32,000 nucleotides of DNA. Origin: Desulfosarcina sp. BuS5 (GTDB lineage Bacteria; Desulfobacterota; Desulfobacteria; Desulfobacterales; BuS5). The position numbers and the translations under genes are program-made. The notes beneath the pieces are model-generated. The model saw nothing but the letters and a program-made list of their open reading frames with translations, was not told the origin of the DNA and did not search any database. Location: the NCBI RefSeq assembly GCF_028752835.1, contig NZ_CP087952.1, forward strand, positions 445,041 to 477,040, in the 5' to 3' direction. Below are positions 18,260-26,245 of the stretch, piece by piece (the first letter of the stretch is position 1; each line of letters opens with the position of its first letter).

Positions 18260-19490
18260 TTGAATATTTTCCGTTTCTTAATACCAGGACAGCGTTAATA
18301 CCGCCAAAGGCAAAACAATTTTTTGCCAAAATGCGAATATCTTTTTTAAATGGCTCCATTACGTGACAGATCCCCTGACATTCAGGGCTTACGGTTTCCA
18401 GATTAAGGGTCGGATAGATAACCCCTTCTTCCATCATGGAGATGGATGCTATCAACTCAAGCGCTCCGGAGGCGCCGAGGGTATGGCCGATATAACCCTT
18501 AAGGCTGCTCACAGGAACGGATCTGCCAAAAATTTCCCTTATGGCTGCAGCCTCCTCTTTGTCTCCATGTAAAGTAGCTGTTGCGTGGGCGTTTATATAA
18601 TCAATATCTCCAGGGGATATTCCGGCATCTGCCAGCGCTTCCGTCAGACATGCCTGCATAGATATCCTGTCCGACTGGCTGACATGGGACCCGTTTCCGC
18701 ATGTATGATATCCGATTATTTCCCCGTATATTTTCGCTCCCCGCTTTTCGGCATGTTCATATTCTTCCAAAATCACAATTCCGCTCCCGTCTCCGCAAAC
18801 AAGGCCGTCCCGCTTTTCATCAAAGGGTCTGGGAGTCGACTGGGGAGCGTCATTATAGCTAATCGATGTTGCAAAGAGTATGTCAAAAGATCCTGTAACC
18901 GTGGGATGAAGTTCTTCGGCCCCGCCGCACAGCGCCATATCCTGCCGCCCGAGCCTGATAAGGTCGTATCCTGTGCCGATGGCCTGCAATGATGAAGCGC
19001 AGGCAGCGGAGGTAGCCATAACACAACCTGTAACACCCAAATATTGAGCCACATTCATGGCCGCCGTATGTGAAACACACTGGAAGAATTTCATGGCTGT
19101 AAGCCGGGACAGGTCTTTATCGGGCAGCATTATTTCGAATGTTTCATTTAGACTCTCAGCTCCGCCCATGGTGGAACCGATAATACATGCGACCCTGCCG
19201 GTTGAGCATATTACGGTATCAAGGCCCGCATCCGCCAAAGCTTCCTGAGCCGCCTGGACCGCAAAAATACTCATTCTGCTCATGGATCTTCTGCTTTTAC
19301 GGGGGATTTTTTTTTCGCCGGTTAAAACAGAAGCGGCTCCGACCCTGCTGCGCAAACCAATATACTTATCCCAGCCAGCCATTTGCCGGACAGCGCTTTT
19401 GCCGGCCCTGATCCCTTTTATAAAGGAAGGAACGTCATGCCCAAGGGGTGAAACTGCCCCCAAACCTGAAATGACAACCCTGTTTATCAA
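18249..19490 (-). CDS. Beta-ketoacyl-ACP synthase, FabF-like (KS2)
   Basis: Catalytic motifs VMATSAACASSLQAIG, INAHATATLHGDKEE, LKGYIGHTLGASGALE all present. Confidence 0.93.
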   Translation of the reverse strand: MINRVVISGLGAVSPLGHDVPSFIKGIRAGKSAVRQMAGWDKYIGLRSRVGAASVLTGEKKIPRKSRRSMSRMSIFAVQAAQEALADAGLDTVICSTGRVACIIGSTMGGAESLNETFEIMLPDKDLSRLTAMKFFQCVSHTAAMNVAQYLGVTGCVMATSAACASSLQAIGTGYDLIRLGRQDMALCGGAEELHPTVTGSFDILFATSISYNDAPQSTPRPFDEKRDGLVCGDGSGIVILEEYEHAEKRGAKIYGEIIGYHTCGNGSHVSQSDRISMQACLTEALADAGISPGDIDYINAHATATLHGDKEEAAAIREIFGRSVPVSSLKGYIGHTLGASGALELIASISMMEEGVIYPTLNLETVSPECQGICHVMEPFKKDIRILAKNCFAFGGINAVLVLRNGKYSNDQ

Positions 19491-21010
19491 CTGAGCCTCT
19501 TGTTTATAAAACTGTGAAAAGATTCTTTGCCTGTAATACTTCGGACTACGATAAATGAAGACATCATGGCCCCCATAATCCCCGGCAAGACGGAATTCTG
19601 ACCGGCGGCATAGATGTTTCTGAATGCTATTCTACCGAGAAGATTTATCTGGCCTGTTTTTTGTTTTATCCCGTATGCCGATCCGTGCGGTGAATTTAAA
19701 TAATCACGGCATGTCAGGATTGACGATGCATCAATTACCCTGTACGAGCTCCTGAATTCAGGATAAACTTTCAGGATACGCTCTTTGATACTCTCTGTTC
19801 TTTTATTCTTATACTCCCGGTAACCGGAAGGCCTGTTGCCGGGTTTTGAATTTTTCCAGGCGCTTACATGCTCCGGAAATGACACTTCAAAAGCATTCAG
19901 CAGTCTGCAGGATTTACCATGGGCTGTCTCCAGACTTTTCATGATAACCAGAGCAGGATCGCCGGTATATGCAGGATCTATCATCCTGTTTGCATCTGTT
20001 TCAGGAAAAAGAGATAGAATTGACGGGGCAAAATTGTCAGGGCGCTGATTTGCCGTGTCGTTATCCTCTAAAACACCGTACACTGAAAAAAAACCTGCCG
20101 ACGCTTCAAAGGAATTAACCCTGTTTGTAAAAGCTTTACTCAAATTTTGTTTCGGAAGTGTTTTTAATATCTCTTGGGGATGAATTGTAAAGATGCAGCA
20201 ATCGCTTGAGATTTCTTCTCCTGTATTTAAAATAAACCGGCCCGCATGCTTATTCTTTATATCGCCGCATTTAACAATATATTCGCCGCACCTGATATCA
20301 ATGTCAAATTCCGAGAATCGCTTCCTGAATGCCCCTATAAATGCGTCACCACCATCTTTTACTCTTGCAACGGATTCATAGAGACTGTAACTGACCCTGC
20401 TGTGATCTGCAAAGGAAAACTCGGAGGGCTTGACTCCGTAACACATGCTGTATGCGGAAAGAAGCCCCTTTAATAACGGATTATCCGTTAACCTGCATAA
20501 TACATTGTCGAGGCTTACATAATCTTCAGGAAGAAAACCCTGTGCAAGAGAAATCCGTCTAAGATTCATTGCAGAGGTTTTTAAACACACATTCCTGACC
20601 ATTTCAAAATAACGGTCAATTCCGGATTCCTCTTCAGGAAAATACCCCTTTATTTTTTCGATAATTTCCCGATAACCGGTCGGTATGCCGTAGGCCGCCT
20701 GTTCCGACTCAAAGAGGAATCTGTTATTTTGTTCCCCGGTGATAAAAACCGGTACAATTTCATTACTGATTCCCAGAACAGCCAGCATATCCTGGAGAAG
20801 TCCGTTTTTATCACCCGATTTATTAAGGCCACCGGTAAAATGGAAACCTGTATCAAAAGGGATACCATTTCTGTAAAATCTGGCCATTGATCCGCCTATA
20901 CGGGGATTTTTTTCAAGAAGAAGAACAGAGTACCGGTTCATAGCCAGCAGAAGCGCAAGGGTCATTCCGCTGATACCGCTTCCGACTACTATGTTGTCAT
21001 ATTTTTTCAT
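19487..21010 (-). CDS. Phytoene-desaturase/carotenoid-isomerase-like FAD-dependent oxidoreductase
   Basis: MKKYDNIVVGSGISGMTLALLLAMNRYSVLLLEKNPRIGGSMARF (Rossmann FAD motif plus GG doublet); C-terminal LLGRIAFRNIYAAGQNSVLPGIMGAMMSSFIV. Start set at the internal ATG (21010) rather than 21079. Confidence 0.85.
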   Translation of the reverse strand: MKKYDNIVVGSGISGMTLALLLAMNRYSVLLLEKNPRIGGSMARFYRNGIPFDTGFHFTGGLNKSGDKNGLLQDMLAVLGISNEIVPVFITGEQNNRFLFESEQAAYGIPTGYREIIEKIKGYFPEEESGIDRYFEMVRNVCLKTSAMNLRRISLAQGFLPEDYVSLDNVLCRLTDNPLLKGLLSAYSMCYGVKPSEFSFADHSRVSYSLYESVARVKDGGDAFIGAFRKRFSEFDIDIRCGEYIVKCGDIKNKHAGRFILNTGEEISSDCCIFTIHPQEILKTLPKQNLSKAFTNRVNSFEASAGFFSVYGVLEDNDTANQRPDNFAPSILSLFPETDANRMIDPAYTGDPALVIMKSLETAHGKSCRLLNAFEVSFPEHVSAWKNSKPGNRPSGYREYKNKRTESIKERILKVYPEFRSSYRVIDASSILTCRDYLNSPHGSAYGIKQKTGQINLLGRIAFRNIYAAGQNSVLPGIMGAMMSSFIVVRSITGKESFHSFINKRLS

Positions 21011-21012
21011 GT

Positions 21013-21747
21013 TCAACCGGCCATACCGCCATTTACGCCGATAACCTGACCATGTATATACATATTTTCTTCTTTGCACAGGAAATCGACTACAGACGCA
21101 ACATCCCCAGGATTACCAAAGCGGTTCAAGGGTATCAGGGGCAGGATTTGATCCTTCGGAAGTTTGGAGGTCATATCTGTTGCTATGATACCGGGAGCAA
21201 CAACATTAACAAGAATATTTCTTTTTCCCACCTCTCTTGCCAAGGCTTTGGCAGCTCCGATTAATCCCGCCTTTGAAGCAGAATAGTTCACCTGCCCGGC
21301 CTGGCCGGTCTGACCTGAAATCGAAGATATAATCACAATGCGTCCCTGTTTTTCTCTGAGCATGGGGAACATTACGGTATGCATGACATTATAAAACCCG
21401 TCCAGGTTGGTAGAGAGAACCGAGTCCCATTCATCTCTGGTCATCCATACAAATAGATTGTCCCTGGCTATACCGGCATTATATACAACCACTTGGGGTG
21501 GATCGGCATCCACTTTTGCGGCCAGCGCTGATTTGGTTGCCTGATAGTCTGATATGTCAAAACAGATAACTTCGCATTCCGCGCCTATTTTTTCGACTTC
21601 TGTTTTGACCTTTTGAGCGGCATCGTGATTGCTTTTGTAGGCCAGCCGGATGTTAAAGCCGGATTCCGCAAGGCGTAAAACTATCGCTCTTCCTATACCA
21701 CGGCTTCCGCCTGTCACCAATGCGGTTTTTTTGTTTTTAGTTTTCAT
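21013..21747 (-). CDS. 3-oxoacyl-ACP reductase, FabG-like SDR
   Basis: TALVTGGSRGIGRAIVLRLAESG, VYNAGIARDN, SSISGQTGQAGQVNYSASKAGLIG (YxxxK), C-terminal GQVIGVNGGMAG. Confidence 0.9.
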   Translation of the reverse strand: MKTKNKKTALVTGGSRGIGRAIVLRLAESGFNIRLAYKSNHDAAQKVKTEVEKIGAECEVICFDISDYQATKSALAAKVDADPPQVVVYNAGIARDNLFVWMTRDEWDSVLSTNLDGFYNVMHTVMFPMLREKQGRIVIISSISGQTGQAGQVNYSASKAGLIGAAKALAREVGKRNILVNVVAPGIIATDMTSKLPKDQILPLIPLNRFGNPGDVASVVDFLCKEENMYIHGQVIGVNGGMAG

Positions 21748-22096
21748 TAACACCTTGAAATTGAAGTATTTTATCAAATGCTAACAGTGAAATAATAATT
21801 CAAAATCTATATTTATACCTTAACTACATGAAAAATCAAGCGGTTAAAATTTTTTACAGCAATTCTAATTTTAGAAATAACGGCCATCGGCAGTATTATT
21901 AAAAATTTATTTTTCAACGGGTTTAAGAAAGAGAAGAAGATTTTTTGTGGGTATGGTAAGTTTCTGGTTTACCGAGAACTACTTTTTTGACCTTTGGCCG
22001 ATACGCAGCATATTTGCCGCATTTTTTTGCATATACCAGGCCATTGATGCTCTGAAATCATCTTGTTTTAACCGAACTTACGAATTACAGTAACCA

Positions 22097-22555
22097 TTAA
22101 CTTGTATCCGGAACCTTCAGTTCGAGGCCATGGAGCATAAAAATTAACATCGCATCCCAGTTTTCGAAGTAAAGATAGCGAGTCAACGCGCGTATGTCAT
22201 CGAAAAAGGTTTTCCGTGTTGGAAGGTTGCGACGAATAAGTTCATATTTTTTATCCATCATTTCAAGAACGGTATGAAACAAGAAGGCCAAAAGATTCAG
22301 TGTCATCATAAGTTGAGATAAATACTTCTTTCCATGACCAAAGTTGTGTGCAAGATGATATCTTCTGTTTTTTAGTATGTTATTGTTTTCGTTTTCAATT
22401 TTCCAGCGAGCCCGACCATCTGCTACAATTTGCTTTACATTGTTCTTTGAGATTTTGAAATTGGTTGCAAAAGCGTTCTTATATATAAATAGTACCATCG
22501 GGCAGCGTTGTTGTAAGTTCACACCAATTGACCATCTGAGCATCTTTACCATCAC
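22097..22555 (-). pseudogene. C-terminal part of outer IS transposase, out of frame with the middle part
   Basis: NFKISKNNVKQIVADGRARWKIENENNNILKNRRYHLAHNFGHGKKYLSQLMMTLNLLAFLFHTVLE; frame changes at TATATAA around 22490-22500 relative to ORF 22479..23159. Confidence 0.7.
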
Positions 22556-23177
22556 GCAAAGGGACTTGATTTACAAAACGATAGGTATCGATATGATGGG
22601 TTTTGCCTGTCCACCTTTTTTTCACTACCGTTTCAACAGCTTGCAGGCCATCAAGTTCTTCAACCCATTGGTAAAGGGTTTTATGAGAATCGGGTTTGCA
22701 AACAAGAATGAAATCAAGCCCGTTCTGCAAAATCAATTTGCATAGCGATTGCTTACAATATAAATCATCGCCTAAGATGGTGATACCAAATGCCTTATAA
22801 AGCGGAACAAATTGGTTTAACCAGCGTTTAGCTGCCGCATTTTCACAGTCTTGTTTTTTATGTCCGTCCTGCGGGGTAATAAACTCAGGTGGTAAGGAGA
22901 TTACCTTGTTGCAACCCGGTTTGAGAAGCACCGGTGTGATGGCCGTGTGGGAATAGGTTGAGGAACCGTTTTTATGCTCTTTGGTGCTGCAGTTGTCACA
23001 GTGAATCGTTTTGGAACAAAAATATTGGGTACCATCCAATGCACACAGTAAATTGTTGTTGTATGAGCGAAAATCATCAAGGTAGTTGGCAGCTCCTAAT
23101 GCTTCAATAATAAAATTGAAGGCCGGAAATACTTTTTCCGGCGGCACCCAATCCAGCATATCTCTTATATGATTATC
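22479..23177 (-). pseudogene. Middle part of outer IS transposase
   Basis: DNHIRDMLDWVPPEKVFPAFNFIIEALG...LLCALDGTQYFCSKTIHCDNCSTKEHKNGSSTYSH...ENAAAKRWL; the N-terminal portion resumes beyond the inner IS. Confidence 0.75.
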
Positions 23178-24730
23178 ACTCGATGTTCAAGTTTTTGATG
23201 ACGAACTTGCCAAAAGCACTTAGCAAGGACAATATTTACGTGATAGAGAGGGTGTTGGCTCCAATCTACCTATGGTTCTTCCGCTCATATGTTTTCCCGA
23301 TGGCATAAGTCGGAAAACTTTTTTGATAACTTGCCCCATTTCTTTAAGCTTTTCACCGGGATCTTGTTGTTGCAGCAAAAATTTGACACATTCCATCAAA
23401 ACATCCATTTGAGCTCTTTTTTGTAGACTTCCCACGGTAAACACGGGAGTTTTGTTCTCTATGCAGGCCTTTTGCTCAGGGTGAAGGAGGAGGCAATGGT
23501 CTAGCAACAGACTCAAGATCAGGCCTCGGCTTGATCCTTCTTCGTCATATTGTTTGGCCTCTTGTCCCCATCCTTCATAAAGCTTCCAGTCTTCAAAAAA
23601 AACCTCTACAAGCCATCTCAAAGAATATGCTTGAATAATGTCAACTGTGCGCCAACTCACATCAGTGGCAGCTAAGTAACGGTATTCATCTTCCCCTTCA
23701 TATTTAAGAGCTATCACAAAAAGCACATTGCCATCGTGTGCATCAACCTTAAGGCGGGCACTGCTCACTGTTGCATTGACTTTTTCACCGCCTCGCACAC
23801 GAATGGTGCAATTTACACCTTTGTTAATCATGTTGAAATAATCCGTAATTGTCTTTTTTTTACCTTTGTACCGTATATTTTGATTTGACTTTAATTGGCT
23901 GATAACTTGCACTCCTCCCAAAATATTAGAGGCTCCATTCATAAATTCTTTTGAACCGTATAAAGCGTCAGCCAATACACATTTAACAGTAATTTTAGGA
24001 TAATATTCTTTAAAATTTTCAAGTAAGAGCAGGGCTAATTGAATTTTTTTCGGGTACTCAGGGTTAAATGCTGGTTTGACAGGACGCTTATTCTTCGGGA
24101 GTCCCTTTTTTTTCAATCTCTCTTCTTCTTTTTTCCAGGCACTAACAACTGGATCAGGCATGTAAAACTTAAAACCAATAGGTACGGTTATAGAGTCTGT
24201 GACCAAAAGAAGCAAAACAACTGTTTGCCCATTAACATAACCTCCGCTTGCTTTGTGTTTTTGCTTATGAGCCTTGTATATTCGCTTTGTATTCTTAGAA
24301 CGGGCACGATCAGACTCATCAAAAACAATTACACCATTTGTGATACCATATTTTTTCAAAATACGCCTGACGCTTCCAACAAGTAAATTGTCCCATGAAA
24401 TCTTACCCTTACGAAACATCCAAGATAGAGCTGCTAATTTATAATTGCCCAGACTCGCCCGTTCAAATTTTGCCCAACATACAGCATTTACCATTAATAT
24501 ACCGGTAAGACAAAAGCTTAGCCATGCTTTCTGGGTAAATGTTAATCCCGCACTAGGTTGGTATTGCTCCAGGCTATTGTTGAGATCTTCAATGTACTGT
24601 TTGATAAATGGTGCAGATTCAGTTAATAGCATTATGAATGGGCTCTTTCAAAGTTGTTAATATTTTTAATGGTCGTGATTATACTATCAAACTTTAAATT
24701 TAGCTAATCATAAAAACTTGATCATCGAGT
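23178..24730 (-). mobile_element. Inner insertion sequence, about 1553 bp, IS4/IS701-like DDE superfamily, apparently intact
   Basis: Terminal inverted repeats: left ACTCGATGTTCAAGTTTTT (23178-23196), right reverse complement ACTCGATGATCAAGTTTTT (24712-24730), 18/19 identical; flanked by 3-bp direct repeat ATC (23175-23177, 24731-24733). Excising the IS plus one ATC restores the outer transposase frame ...NIPSD|NHIRDMLDW.... Confidence 0.88.
23220..24632 (-). CDS. DDE transposase of the inner IS (470 aa)
   Basis: VIVFDESDRARSKNTKRIYKAHKQKHKASGGYVNGQTVVLLLL, CVLADALYGSKEF, LRWLVEVFFEDWKLYEGWGQ motifs; spans most of the IR-bounded element. Confidence 0.88.
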   Translation of the reverse strand: MLLTESAPFIKQYIEDLNNSLEQYQPSAGLTFTQKAWLSFCLTGILMVNAVCWAKFERASLGNYKLAALSWMFRKGKISWDNLLVGSVRRILKKYGITNGVIVFDESDRARSKNTKRIYKAHKQKHKASGGYVNGQTVVLLLLVTDSITVPIGFKFYMPDPVVSAWKKEEERLKKKGLPKNKRPVKPAFNPEYPKKIQLALLLLENFKEYYPKITVKCVLADALYGSKEFMNGASNILGGVQVISQLKSNQNIRYKGKKKTITDYFNMINKGVNCTIRVRGGEKVNATVSSARLKVDAHDGNVLFVIALKYEGEDEYRYLAATDVSWRTVDIIQAYSLRWLVEVFFEDWKLYEGWGQEAKQYDEEGSSRGLILSLLLDHCLLLHPEQKACIENKTPVFTVGSLQKRAQMDVLMECVKFLLQQQDPGEKLKEMGQVIKKVFRLMPSGKHMSGRTIGRLEPTPSLSRKYCPC

Positions 24731-25015
24731 ATCAGATGGAATATTTTGTATTCCAAACAAAGATTGAGCATTGTTGACACCCTTATTTTTCTGCATAAAT
24801 TTTTGAAAGGCAAGAAAAGAAGGAGATTGCGTAAAGAATACCGAAAAGCCGCTAAGGGCTATATCTTCAATGCTGTATTGTATGTTGCTACCGGTGCGCT
24901 TATCAGGAAAATTGTGGCTCTCAATACGAAACTGCCGCGCCATCATCTCAAAAGAGATATACGGCAGTTGCGTTGATGCGATTATTTTCGCTTCCTGATT
25001 TTGGGGCAAACGCAT
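24731..25015 (-). pseudogene. N-terminal part of outer IS transposase
   Basis: MMARQFRIESHNFPDKRTGSNIQYSIEDIALSGFSVFFTQSPSFLAFQKFMQKNKGVNNAQSLFGIQNIPSD; reading stops inside the inner IS end (PSDTR*). The native start may be the internal MMARQF. Confidence 0.75.
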
Positions 25016-25238
25016 ATGAGTCCAAGATAACCGATAATAGTTAATTGTTCTTACCCATTATTTGTTACCACAAGCATATGTGTTTGTCTATAGATTTTAT
25101 TTTTAATTAAAACAATGCGTTATTGGTTGTGATGGTTAGGGGGGATAAATATCCCAAATATCTTGCTCCAACTAAAGCCATAATTAGAATTGCTGCTGTG
25201 AAAGCTGCTTTTCGTTGGTTTCAAAATGGGTCATTGTT

Positions 25239-25988
25239 TTATCCCAATTTCCTTACGAGTTTTCCCATGCTGTCATAAACATATCCTGTGATGAGTGCCA
25301 CAAAATCTGTTTTGTCTTGATTCAAATTGCATTTTTCCAGGGCATTGTAATAAGCCAGTCGGCTTTCTGTGTCTCCGGAGATACTGGCAATGGTGTAGCC
25401 GTTTTGCAAAAGAACCAGATTCATCAAAAGCCTGGCTGTTCTGCCGTTTCCATCTATAAAAGGATGGATAGTTGCAATTCGCTCATGGATTTCAGCAGCA
25501 AAGATAACCGGATGTAAATTTTTAGCTTCTTCTTGAATCCAGAAATTCAGATCCTCCATCAGTTTCGGAACCTGCCAGGGCTGAGGAGGTTCATGCCGGC
25601 TTCCTGAAATTGACACGGGAACACCGCGATATTTTCCTGCATTTTCTCTATCAATACCTCGCAAAACAAGAGAGTGAATATCTTTGATTATCTTTTCATT
25701 TAAGATGTCGCCTGTCGTTACAAGCTCTTTTATGAAAGCAACAGCCTCGTAGTGGTTGACCGCTTCAAGATGTTCACGCATTGACTTTCCGCCGATGGTC
25801 AGCCCCTTATTAATGACAAGATCCGTTTCCCGTAAAGTCAGGGTATTACCTTCAATACGGTTACTATTATAAGTATATTCGATATCTATGGCTTGAAGTA
25901 TCGTCTCGTTAAGCAAAGGGCGGGAGGCATCAAGTTTTTGTTTTAGTGCGTCTATTCGGGTGAGCAGGTGTTTTATTCTGCTACTCAT
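25239..25988 (-). CDS. Fic family protein (putative AMPylase/nucleotidyltransferase) with N-terminal inhibitory-like motif
   Basis: Fic motif HPFIDGNGRTARLL; upstream YTYNSNRIEGNTLTLRET fits the (S/T)xxxE(G/N) inhibitory motif. Confidence 0.9.
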   Translation of the reverse strand: MSSRIKHLLTRIDALKQKLDASRPLLNETILQAIDIEYTYNSNRIEGNTLTLRETDLVINKGLTIGGKSMREHLEAVNHYEAVAFIKELVTTGDILNEKIIKDIHSLVLRGIDRENAGKYRGVPVSISGSRHEPPQPWQVPKLMEDLNFWIQEEAKNLHPVIFAAEIHERIATIHPFIDGNGRTARLLMNLVLLQNGYTIASISGDTESRLAYYNALEKCNLNQDKTDFVALITGYVYDSMGKLVRKLG

Positions 25989-26027
25989 ATATCCTCTCCT
26001 GTTTTTAGAAAGTTTATATCATTTTAA

Positions 26028-26142
26028 TTATAGTAGTATTTTTCTAACTTCACCCTGTCCTATAAGTTCAGTAAACTTTGTATAATTTGATTCTTCCCAT
26101 CTTATTCGACCTGCAATAATTGCAGGCGATATACCAAGATCC
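26028..26142 (-). pseudogene. C-terminal remnant of an ImmA/IrrE-family metallopeptidase (HigA-like regulator)
   Basis: Manual translation upstream of the stop at 26028-26030 reads LGISPAIIAGRIRWEESNYTKFTELIGQGEVRKILL*, the characteristic C-terminus of XRE/ImmA-IrrE proteins; no N-terminal domain or start is present. Confidence 0.55.
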
Positions 26143-26245
26143 TGGAGAACTGGCGCGCCATCCAGAACTCTTCTCCATCGAGCCCGGTTTCCTTTATACT
26201 GTCAAAAGTCTGATAGTATTTTTTTTCTATATTTTTTCCGTTCAT
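26102..26245 (-). pseudogene. N-terminal remnant of a DinD-like (DNA damage-inducible protein D) gene
   Basis: ATG 26245 overlaps the hsdM stop (ATGA); translation MNGKNIEKKYYQTFDSIKETGLDGEEFWMARQFSRILVYR... matches the typical DinD N-terminus (FESIKH-x-D-x-G-x-EFW-x-AREL), then runs to an early stop. Confidence 0.55.

Larger units (their letters stand above)
22091..25054 (-). mobile_element. Outer insertion sequence (ISNCY/DDE-like), degraded and interrupted by a second IS
   Basis: Transposase pieces at 24731..~25015 (N-term), 22479..23177 (middle) and 22097..22555 (C-term) assemble across the inner IS. An imperfect inverted repeat brackets it: GTAACCATTAACTTGTATCCGG at ~22091 and the reverse complement of ~25031-25054 (AAGAACAATTAACTATTATCGG). 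Outer boundaries are approximate. Confidence 0.65.

Noticed and set aside
25132-25278. Small + strand frame MVRGDKYPKYLAPTKAIIRIAAVKAAFRWFQNGSLFYPNFLTSFPMLS
   Set aside because: 48 codons, no recognised family, partly antisense to the Fic gene; not reported as a CDS.
26111-26127. Palindrome CCTGCAATAATTGCAGG as a terminator or operator
   Set aside because: Lies within the coding remnant of the DinD/ImmA region, lacks a T-tract, and coincides with codons of the conserved ImmA C-terminus (AIIAG).
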